From: Chrysemys picta bellii
Taxonomy: Eukaryota
Direction: 5' to 3'
NCBI RefSeq assembly: GCF_011386835.1
Contig: NC_088800.1
Coordinates: 8,060,001-8,124,000 of the forward strand
DNA length: 64,000 bases
Positions 44,801 through 56,800 of this stretch are shown in pieces. Every line of letters starts with the position of its first letter. Position 1 is the first letter of the stretch. The translations under genes were made by a program, and so were the position numbers. A model generated the notes under the pieces. The model saw nothing but the letters and a program-made list of their open reading frames with translations, was not told the origin of the DNA and did not search any database.

Positions 44801-47800
44801 TAATAGCTTTTGGGGGGGAGCAGCAGTCAAAGAGAACTTTAATCCAAACCGTCTGTAGCAAAGGACAAAAACAAACTGTATTTCTCTTGTTAGCAATAGC
44901 TGTTTTCAAAGCTACCTTTAACATACTGATTGCAACAGTTGTTTTCCTGTAGCATATCTTGGACTTGGGTTATTGTCAATTATGCTCTAGCTATAGTTGA
45001 AATTATGCTTTTCAGGTGTTCAGGACGCCTACACCTGCTTGGGCTAAAACTGATGGCAAAAAAGTAAGTTGCATGCATTTACTCTGAATGCTTCCTCAAG
45101 AAATGGTCCAAATTTGTCTGGTGTCCTTTGAAATCTGTCTATATCTCTTTGTAAGCCAGATCTTTATATAATGATCCTTTCCCAACTGGTGTGTCAGCTC
45201 ATCTGTTCTGGGTTTCAGATAATGATCTAATCGGGATAGCTCATTGATTTTCCTGAAATCTCTACAAAACCTCCCTCCTCCACACCCTCTCTTTTCCTCC
45301 CCTCCCTTCCAGTGGAGGGAGCTTTCCACCTCACCTTTTTAAAATGCACAAGACTGTACATTATGATTCTGGGACTCTAATACTCTGTTTCTCCTCAACC
45401 CCTGTGCCAGTCTTGGCTATGGGCTTCAGTTCTCACCTTTGACTGACAGGGAGACAGTCCATTCCGAAGGTGGAGGAGTTTCCTACTGAGAAGCTGCTAA
45501 CTGGACAACTTCAGCAGGTTGGCTCCAGTCTCCTTTCTGCCTGTGCAATCTCATGATAGGTCACTGCTTCATAGAGGCTCAAGAGATTCCTAAGGTGATT
45601 TCTACCACCTGGGGCCCCTTTTCAACCAGCTAGCTTCAATTGCTCAAAGTATCAGCCATGTCGAGCCTAGACAGTGAAGAAAATCATTAAGTTGATGCAC
45701 TGGGCATTCCTGGAGTGGCAGGAGATCCTTTTTTAGTAACCACCTCCCTCTCTCCACTCACATCCAAGTGACTTCTGTCTAAATGGCTGTGCTAGCACCA
45801 AGGAAGCAAAAGAAACATGCATGATGCCAGGCCAGCATGTCTGATTAGACGTCTGGATCAGTTCAGCAAGCCTAGGCAGCAGAGGGCAAAAAAGAAGAGC
45901 CCTGCCTGGAATGATTCCCCTCCTGTGAGATGGAGAACGGTGAAAGCTAATTCCAGACACGAGTCTCCTGCTAATTATAGGCCTCTGACTACAATCTGTA
46001 AGAAGAAAAGAAAGAACGGAAAGAGACGTGTCTGCCACTGCTCGACTTTAGAAGTGGGTGGAGTGTGTGATTCCTATTTGGGTACTGAGGATTTCGAACA
46101 AGTCAGAGATCCTCATGCAGAAAATCTGGGGAAACAAATCAGGCAAGTGTGGAACTTTGTGCCCTTTCACCCACCATCTCTATGGTGTGCATCTCCCTGT
46201 GGGATCAGCCAAGGAGACCTTTTCTGTGACAGATCCATCTAGGAAATTCAGGCCATGGTAAAGGTTCCAGAGGATAGGGTTTCAGAGGCTGCCAGGAGCC
46301 TCATCACAAGACAAGTTCCTCTTCCGAGAAAGCTTTTTACCATTTGCCTCATCTCTGCCAGGACCCTCTCCTCTGAGGTAGGGATTGCCTCTCCATGACA
46401 AGAGTGGGAAGCAGGAACTCCAGACTGGTGTGATGCCTGTCTTTCTTCACTGTCTTTCCCAACCGTGCCACAAAAGATGGAATCTTTCCTTACAACATTC
46501 ATCAGCCTCCTGGACTATTTGGCCTGTTCCCATTGCAGCTTCTGTTGATGGTGTTCTGTCAACAGCAAAGACCAAGTCTTCCCTAGCCAAACAGCTGGAG
46601 ATCTTACAATGTGGCATGGCAATGTGACATGCTGATAGGCCTGTCTGCCTGAGGGGTTGGCAGATGGGTCCTATCCACGGATGTCCGCATGCATCCAGGC
46701 AATTTCTAAGTCCTGTCTTTTCTTCCCTGCAGCCTCAATCTAGTTCTCATGAGGCCTTTGTCTTTTTGGAACTCCTTTGTTATTTCCAGCAGAAATTATT
46801 TCTTGCTGTCTGTAGACTATGTAGCCTTCTCTGGCAGACCATAGGATGATGTATTTTGAGAGCCAAGCAGTGGACGGAGGAGGAGGTGGGGCTGTGAGAA
46901 GAGTGCTCTGTTATAAAGTGGTCTGCAGAATCGAAACATTGGAAAACCATTGCTTTTTTTTAAAGTATCCATTTTTTTTAGATTGATGTAAGGAACAAGC
47001 AGAAAGGGAGATTTTTCCTACCAATTAATCAATTTCTGGGAAGTTCCCTGCACCAAGGGTTGCTGTGGCTGGCAGTTATTCTTAGGGATTCTCTTTTCCC
47101 CACATTGGGCTCTTTGCTCATAGCACCGCTGTTAGGAATGTTAACCTGCTATTGTTATTATTAAGTGTTATGTCTAGTGAAAAGTGTGCGGGAGCTAACC
47201 TGCAGAGGGCATCCAATGACATGTGGAGGAATAAAAGCTCCACCTATTATTTGAGTCCTCCACCTGTCAGTCAAGATTGTGAACAAAGTCCATTGGTGCA
47301 GAGAATTTCCAAGAAACCTGATTGAAGGTAGGAGAGTGTCTTCTTCAGAGTCTGTTTTCACAGAAACATTGTAAGGACAGTTTTGACTAGTTTATTCAGA
47401 ATCATTGCTTGTCACCATGATACACATTGGCAATATTCTGGCAAGGATTTAACATCACAATCCCATCGCCAATGGATTTAACCTGCACTTGTTTGCCTAC
47501 CTGCACTCTCTTTGAGTTGGGCATCTTCCTCTCACCCTTGTACAAATCTCCAGAGGGAAGTATAGCCCTTCAATTTATAGTGCAGCCTTCAGTCTTGTAC
47601 AGGCTTCTTGGTTGCCTACTTATGGATCCATGTAGTTAGAACAGCTATGGGAGGGAGGCCTTGGAAGACTTTCACTCTTGCAACAATCTGGCAATGTTTA
47701 CCTGAAAGTCCCACCTTGTTAGGAGGTGTTGAACCAGCTGGAAAATGAACTGGGTTCTACTGGCTCTTCGAGCTGTTTTTTCCCCACCTGGTTATAAGGA

Positions 47801-50800
47801 GTGGTGGGACTATCTTTCTAGAAGGAGAGGACCTCAGAGATGCTAGTCATGTCACTTAATGCCTATCTGGAAGGTGCTTAGATACCACAGTGATGGATGC
47901 AGGATAAGAGCCTGAATATAACAGCATAAGATTTAGGCTCTAAATGGAGGACCACTGGGAGCAGCCGTGCCCACAGAAGAGATTTGGGCTGGATTTTGAG
48001 GTGTTCGCACTTTGAATTCCTTCCAGGAATAAAATCCAGGAAGAGGGTAAGTTTTTTGACCTGCTACTACTTGTGTGTTAGGAGTTCACACATTTCAGAT
48101 ACTACTTAACTTCAGAAAACATCTAGGAAGTATTTAATAATTAGAGATGATTTAAAAAAATAAAATTTTCAAAATAGTGAACCATTTTTCACAGGAATTT
48201 CAAGTTTTGACCAGCTCTGTTAATAATTTGTGCTTCTGTAGCACCTTTTATCAGAGTAGCTCAAAGCACTCTATGAACATCTGTCAAACTTCAGAATGCA
48301 CATCTGGGTTAGGTATCGTTATACCCATTTAATAGGTGGGTGAACTAAGGCAGAGCGGTTTAAGGATGAATGTTCAAGTTGACCAGAGTAGCTGGGCAGA
48401 TGGATAATGGGGCACATGCCTTAGGGTGAAGTAACCCTCCACGTTTCATCATGCCACATGCAAATGTTGCAAGAAGAGGTCTATGCAGTGACCAATCTTC
48501 CGGACTCATTCCAGAAAGATGGGTGTGAATACCCTCAGTGTCCCTGCTTTATCAGCTGTGTCATGAATAGAGTCATGCAGACCTCTTATAGGAAGTGCAG
48601 CAAACCCAGGGCCGGCGCTTCCACTAGGCGACCCTAGGCAGTCGCCTAGGGCGGCAGGATTTGGGGGGCGGCATTTTGCCATCCTCGGTGGCAATTCGGC
48701 GGCGGGGGTCTTTCCACGCCGCGTCTTTAGGGCGCTTTGGTGGTGGGTCCTTCACTGTCTCCAGGACCTGCCGCCAAAGCGCCCCGAAGACGTGGAGCAG
48801 AAGGACCCCAGCCGTCGAATACTCTGAGGAGGAGCAAAGCCGCCTAGGGCGGCAAAAACCCTGGCGCCGCTCCTGAGCAAACCCCAATGTTTTCAAAGGT
48901 ACAGAGTTTGACTTCAGTAGGAGCTGCAGGCACTTTGTGAGAATAAAGAATAATATCTGTAGCTTCTTGCAATCTACCAAATGTTATGCCTCCTACCCTA
49001 GGCAATTCAGCAAAAGTTTGCTTTGTTGATCTTGGTCCATAAATCAACACAGCTCTAGTGAAGTCAATGGGGCAATGCCAGTTTTCACTAGCTGAGGATC
49101 GGGCCCAACAATTGTCTGTCTGTCTGTTGACATGAAACAACTCCTTTTTGGTAAATCTCTGATCTAAAAATTGCCTGTTTGTGAAAATTGCCAGCCCAGA
49201 GAAGGGGTAGATGTCGATCAAACATTTGTTTTCCAATTCAATAATTGCCTTTCTGCTCTCAGTATTCCTCATGCCTTGGCACTAGCTGACAGCTTTGATT
49301 GCTGCTCTTTTTGTGGGTAATTGGTTAACTTGTGTGTTTTAATTTCCCAGGAGACTATTAATGAAATGCTCTATTTGCTGGTTATACGTATCTTTAAAAC
49401 TATAAATTAGAAAACAAACAGACACCACCACCATCACAACAAACCTTAAACGCTAGCCAGCTTTTAGTTCCTTCAGTTTATAATTCAAAGGAAATATGAA
49501 GGGATTGAGGGATTGTTGAAATGTGTTTCCAGTTCACAGCAGATAGTTAGGAACCTATTTCTCATATTTCCAGATGAACTCCCAGTGGACCTACGCTCTG
49601 TTAAACTGAAACAAACAAAGAAACAAAATCTTTGGAGAACACTAGTTTGTATTTAATTTAAACCAAAGGAAGGTTTTTTTCTACCTGAATCATCTATCTA
49701 CTTTAAATAGGAGAAAGTCCCCTCCACAATACTCTTTTTGGCTTTTTGAGTGGGTTATTTTTTGTCCTGGAGTAATTAGTGTAAAGCCAGAGCCATGCTG
49801 AAACATATACAGCTTTAATTTAGGCACAAACAGGTTGGGTCCCATCTGCTGCCGAATGTGGCAAGCCATTCATTGCAGTCATGTAAGTAACATGTCAGCA
49901 ACCAGAAGAGTTCTAAGTGCAGTCCACAGCCCAGTGGGATCCCCGGAGTTCCACTGTGTGCTCAATCGGTATCATTAATACAGAGATGCAGCCGGTAAGA
50001 CTACTGCGCTGAGTATGTTGTGCTCTATCTTGATCCAAGTGATGGTCTTCATCTCGTGTCAAGTTAAAACATTCTGTGTTGAGAACCGTGGTCTCGAAGG
50101 GCTGTATATTCATCATACAGTGGTAAAGATGAGGCCAACTGAGGTAACCAAGTTTGTACCTGATATAAGCGATAACTAAGGTGACTATTTTCGCTAAGAT
50201 CATATTTTGTGGGCATGCGGGGGTTCTTTAATTACATCTGTCTCCCAGGGTTGAATGACATGCTCTCGTATTAGGAAAACCAGAAAGAAACATATTGTGT
50301 AAGAGAGAGGCATTTGTCATTCAAGTGATTAAATATTTTGCAGGCTCTGAATAGTTATTATCATTATGGGGATTATATAAGAATGCTCATAACCAATGTG
50401 CTGTTTCAGGTACTCAACCTAAATGCAATACTATACCTCAGTGTCTGATAAGCTGTTTTGTAGCTAATCAGGTACTCGTAATAAGGAATAAAAGTGCATG
50501 TCCTGATAAAGGTTCACAACACCAAACTCTTTGGCTTAATGCAAGTTTTTGTCGTAGGGTAAAAAAAAGTTCACTTTACAAAAGGGCATCAAAATGCTTA
50601 TTATATTGCTCTTTGTTTCGTTGCCAACTGTGGATTTAAAATTGGAATCATTCAATAAGCAGTGGGACGCTATGACTCACTCAGTACCTCCTGGGCTTTT
50701 GACATTATCGTAAAGCCACGTATGCTCGAGTGCAAGATTTAGGTAGTGGATTTCAATAACGCAACCAGGAGATTTTATTGAAACCACAGAGAACCTGATT

Positions 50801-53800
50801 AACTGAACACAATGATTTATTTCTTCTGAACAATTAATGTACTGTAGCTCCAGTTACATATATGTTGTGCTGAGTGGTAATACAAGTTAGATTTGGTAAG
50901 AGAGAATTTATTCCTTTTAACTGAAATCTCAAGGGCTTACTGTAACAGTTGCATCTAAAATCTGTTTTATTTTACCAGGTTATTCTTTTCAATATTTGAG
51001 GAAGTAATGTAATCATTTTTTAACTTTGTGCTCTCGAATCCCTGTTTGAATACACCCTGAAAACTCTGCATGGGAAGCATTGGGAGTTGAGCGTGGCATA
51101 GAAGGGGAAGATTCAGTTAAAGTCATTTTGTGGCCACAAGATGCTCAAGATAATTAGCATAAAGATTCTGCATCTTAATTTGAAAGCAACGAAGGAAACA
51201 GTCAGACAAACCATCTTCCATTGAGGATCATAGTTAGTTACATTGACTAGAGAATGATAAACTGAAAGGAAAATAATTTGTCCAATAAAACCTTCCATGC
51301 TGGAAATGTAGATCAGTTTGCTTCAGTCCAAATATAGACTGCTTACATTCCTGTGGAGGCTGAAGGCACATTAAGTCGTAATGTTAGCTGATTGAATTGC
51401 ACATGTTGAGTTTCGAGTTTTATCAACATTATAGTACTGGTTTTTGGAAAGTTACCCCCTCTATCTATTGGGACTGACTTTTTATTATCTCTCATTTTTT
51501 ATCTTTGCATTGTAAGATGCTGTGGAATGTACTGCCCGTAATTTAGAAAGTCAGGATCTAGTCAACACATATTTAGATTTTGAAATGAAAAAAACGTTCT
51601 TAAGATAAAGTTAAAGTTGTAAATAGATACCTGTTAAATCAAACCCCCATTATTGAGCACATTATTGTTATAACAAATGACAAACATTAGAAAGTATGAA
51701 AATTCTGCATAAAAATTCACATGTTTGAAGGTCAGGTAATTAGGAGGTTGTAGTTCCAAAAAACTTAAACATCATTGTCATAAACATACAGCTACGGGTA
51801 GCATAAAATCCCTCCTTCACCTGTAAGGCAGTGTTTCCCAAACTTGGGACACCGCTTGTGTAGGGAAAGCCCCTGGTGGGCCGGGCCGGTTTGTTTACCT
51901 GCTGCGTCCGCAGGTCCGGCCGATCGTGGCTCCCGCTGGCCGCGGTTCGCCGCTCCAGGCCACTGGGAGCTGCTGGAAGCGGCGCGGGCCGAGGAACGTA
52001 CTGGTACGTTTCATCAGAGGCAAGTAAATAACTTGGGTAAATGATCTCACATACCCTCAACTTTACAAATATAGAGCAGTTTTTGTACTTATCACTTCTA
52101 CCACACCGAATGACCCTTACCTCTGATCCCTGACAGAAGTGAATGCCTTTTCAAGGGCAAGTCAAAGATGGGCTGGAGATGGAATTTTGATATATCAGAA
52201 GAGCTAATAGCAGAACTTCTCTTCGGGCTTCTCTATTCTGATCACGTCCGGGCCGTATGAATAACCAGACCTTTGCCTTGATAGGCCGCTAAGACTGCTC
52301 AGTTTTTTCTTTTCCCCATGCCATCCCTGTAATGTTTCTAATTCGGATCTGTACTTTGATGTGGGGACAGTTTAAGATCGAAGGGTGGGGCTCTGACAAT
52401 TTGCAACATGGTTAGGTTCTATTGAACACAGGCTGCCGAATTGTGCTCCCCTAAGTACAGTTCTGCAGCTGCTTGCCAGTGTGCTGGGCGCACTCTGCCC
52501 AGACAGTCCTTCCCTGAAGTGGTAGGTGCTGTTTGCAGCACTCATACAACCCCCCTTTTCTTCCCCTTTCATTGTGCTTACAAGCCTGCATCACCCACAC
52601 TGGCTATTCTAGCAAAGGACCATTCGGAATAAGAGGTTCCTTGCACCTCCATCCTCAACCCAGTGACAGCCATAATTTGGTCCTAATATTCTCATGGTGC
52701 CTTGTCAGCAGCACCAGGCAAAATGCAGAACCATGAACTTGACCAGGAGGCCAAGAAGGTAAAGACTATCTAGTGTTCACTTGCACATTTGGAGCCAAGT
52801 TCACTGCTGTTTTAAATGGGGCAGCTCCATTGACGTTAGTGGAATTTCACCCATTTATACCAGCAGAGAATTTGAAGTCTGCTCACCTCTTCAGTTATGG
52901 CCTCAGTCTGTTCCCGTGAAAGTCTGTGGGAGTTATGTCATTGGCTTCAGGGGAAGCAGGACGGAGCTCTTGTGGTAGGTTATAGTATATCTTTTTCACT
53001 CAATTGTTTCTGGTTCGGGGTCGTCCCGGTGAGCTCAGAATGCATTTGCTCTTCTTAGTCCTAAGTAGCTCTGATTATAAACTTGTCTAGAACATTGGAC
53101 AGGATAGCCCATTAATCCCAGTGAAGGGGAAAGATAGCTAAACCACAGCAGACCACATTAGACATAGACATTAGACTTCCTGGCAAATCTCTCAGGGAAT
53201 GGTTATGGCTGCCATTGACCTGTAGAATCCTCAAAATTCAGACAATACCCGACATGAAAGAGCTCGCTAATCTTGCACAGGAAAGCATAACAAGCACTAA
53301 TGGCTGGAAGTTAAAGCCAGACAAATTTGAATTAAAAATAAGGCACACATTTTAACAGCAAGGGCGATTAACCTTTGGATCAACCTACCAAGGGAAGTAG
53401 TGCAGTCTTCATTTCTTGGGGTCTTCAGATCAAGACCGGATGCCTTTCTGGAAGATTTGCTTTAGTTAAACACAAGTTGCTGGAATCATAACAGTAACTA
53501 GATGAAATTCGCTGGCCTGTGTTACACAGCAGGTCAGACTTGACAACCTAATGGTCTCTTCTGACCGTCAAATCTATGAATTTAAGAATCATCCTTTTTA
53601 AAAAGATGATTTTTTTGGGGGGGAGGCTCTTTTTCTTTGTATTAACTAGACAAATTAGGCCTGATTCTCGCACTGGCATGAATTGGGGGCGACCCCATTG
53701 AAGTCAATGGAGTTACACCATTGCAAGTTTGGTGTAATCAGGCCCATTGTGTCTGTCAAGCTCCCTTTACTGTTCTTTCCGTAGGCTTTGGTGTTAGCAG

Positions 53801-56800
53801 TTTGCATGATCCAAATTGTAACAGCAATAAAAAGGTAAAGAGCCAAAACTGACTTGACAAATACGGTTGATTTAACTAAAAGAGGGAGATTGAGTAGCAG
53901 GTGGAAGGTTAAAGAAAAGGGAAAAGATTACAGACATGTGCGGCTTTGGCCTCACTACAAATGACTCTCTTGGAGACTTTAGAGCATTAGTGTGCTTCTC
54001 GTGAACTTTGAAACCATTCACCCATTTAGAAAGATTAAATTGATTAGTCATCCAGAACATAAAATATACAGGTCCATTATGTCTGTTCCCCCAAGCCCCT
54101 TATAGAAAATTCAGCCAATATTATGAAACAAAAGCACTGGTAATGAATGGCAGCCTCGACTCTTATATCTACAGTTTACCAGCTGTTAAACTTTGGGGAG
54201 TATATTAATCAGTTATAGTACAGTGGAGCCCTTTTCTTTGAGTTGGAAAACACCAGCATAATATAGGATGTGCTGGGGTCAGATAAAGTATCTTGGAAGT
54301 AAAGCAGCGAGAGCCTCGGAACTGTTACATTATCTGTCATCCTTAAAGGGTCGGAGTTAAATAAGCACTAGCTCAACTCATGATATTCTAATAGCTTTAT
54401 AATAGTCCATTGTAAACAAGCTGAGTGCAGAATTGTTTTCTAGTTACAGAAGAAGTTACTGCTGCTTAAAGTTCTGTCCTGTCTTAACTTCCTGTGCCCT
54501 CCAATTGCTCGAACAATTCTGCAGTACTAAAGACAGTGTTTCTAAAGCAAGGGCTTTGCAAGTGCAATCAATTGTTCAGAAAGCATTTGTTTGATTTAAA
54601 GATGCAAAGGGGGAGAGCTAGATCGATTTCAGTGTCAAAATGAAAGTTTATGCCTTTGCAGTTTGCTTCCATCTGGATAGTGGTCAAGACTTGAAATGTC
54701 ATAAACCTTTCCAGAACTGAACAGGCTTACTCTGTAACCGGTGCTGTGCTCAGAACACGAAGGAAATACACACTTGCTGGTCTGAAATCCTTAGGATATT
54801 ATTTCTCGTAGAGAAGTTTATTGTGTTTCTAGATGATAATTCCGAATAACATATTTTGCCCTTACTGTATTACCTTTCACTGAAGCACTTCAAGGGCCTA
54901 GCAAACATTGATTGACGTACTATAGGTAATTGTTGCTATCTCCGTTTTATAGATGGGGGACTGCGCCACAAACAGGTAAAATGCCTTGCCTGAGTTCAGA
55001 GTAAATCAGGTGCAGAGCTGAGAATAGGACCCATGTCTCCTAACTCCCAGTTCCACGCTATAAATGCTAGACCACACTCCACCCCTGTGGGGAGTACGGA
55101 CTCATGTAGGTATAGCTGTAGCTTGCATTTAGCACCTTCCACCCCAAGGCATTCCAAAGCAGCTCACAAGCTATGTACCGTTAACGGGGCAGATGGGCAA
55201 GGGAGCTACTAGCAGATTGAAGGGCAGGAATCAACTTGGGTTCAAGCGTGCGGTGAAGAATCTTTGGCCAAGCACACCGGGGCTAATGAAAAGTGGGGTG
55301 AGATTGTTAATGTCTATGTCCATTAGAAAGGGGATAGATAATAAGACGGAAAATATCATAATGCTACTATATAAATTCATGGTACAACCACACCTTGAAT
55401 ACTGTGTGCAGTTCTGGTCATCCCATCTCAAAAAAGATATATTCGCTTTGGAAAAGGTAGAGAGAAGGGCAACAAAAATGATTAAGGGTATGGAACAGCT
55501 TCTGTATGAGGAGAGAGTAAAAAGACTGGGTCTTTTCAGCTTGGAAAAGAAATGACTAAAAGGGGATATGATAGAGGTCTATAAAATTGTGAATGGTATG
55601 GAGAAAGTGAATAAGGAAGTGTTATTAACTCCTTCTCATAACACAAGAACCAGGGGTCACCAAATGAAATTAATAGGAAGCAGGTTTAAAACAAAAGGAA
55701 GTATTAATTCACACAATGCACAGTCAACCTGTGGAACTCATTGCCAGGGGCTGTTGTGAAGGCCAAAACTATAACGTGGTTCAAAAACGAATTAGAGAAG
55801 TTCCTGGAGAATAGGTTCATCAATGACTATTAGCCACGATAGTCAGAGATGCAACCCCATGCTTAAGGTGTGCCTAGCCACTGATGGCCAGAAGCTGGGC
55901 GTGGACAACAGGTTGGATCACTCAGTGGTTGCCTGTTCTGTTCATTCCCTCTGAAGCATCTAGCATTGGCCATTGTCGGAAGACAGGATACTGGGCTAGA
56001 TGAACTATCCATTGGTCTGACCCAGTATGACCGTTCTTAGAGAAGACCAGACCATGGTTTATAAGATTTCTTTCAGAAGATCCCACACCCAGAAAACTCC
56101 ATGGTACAGTTTAGCTACCGTGGAAGGAGGAAGACCTGAGTTGAGGAGTTAGACTGATAGGGCAACCACCTGTCCTGTATTTAAAGATGTCTGTTATCTG
56201 GTGATCAGAGCTTTTTAAACTATGTACTTATGAAAAGGCCCATGCGCTATGGACAAATATATCCTTTTTGTACAATAACATAACTCCTACTGAAAAAGCA
56301 TCCCATGGTGACCCTTTTGTAACTTATTTTGGGAGGACGAAGTGTGCCTTTGACTGCAAGGTCTACAGAACTGTCCTTCCAAGGCCCCAATTCAGCAATC
56401 CATCCCTGTTCAGCATACCACTGAAGTACATGCCTGACTTCAAGCATTTTTTTTAAGTCCCATTTGCCTTCAATGGGGCGTGAGGAGGTGCTTAAAATCA
56501 AGTATATGCTTAAATGTTTTGCCTAAATTTACACACAGTTTGGCTTCACCAAACCACATTCTCCTTTAGCATTCAGCTGTATGAGCCTGTTCCAAAGCCT
56601 ATTGACATCAGCGGGGTCTTTCCATTAACTTTAATGGGGTTTGGATTAGGCCCTATATTCTGATTTGAATTGTATTTGTTTCCTAAATATTTCCGGTGGC
56701 AAAACTTAACCCCAGCAAACCTTTCTGCCTTTGACCATACATACAAAACACAGCACTAACAGGAAGTAGCAGAGGTGATCCGAATGAGATGAGACCTCAT

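Noticed and set aside
49981-50180. + strand [14 protein letters not shown] resembling an ARF or ABC P-loop
   Set aside because: Spacing to downstream ARF or ABC motifs does not fit, there is a stop just upstream, and there are no G3/G4 or Walker B motifs; most likely chance. A tblastx search would settle it.
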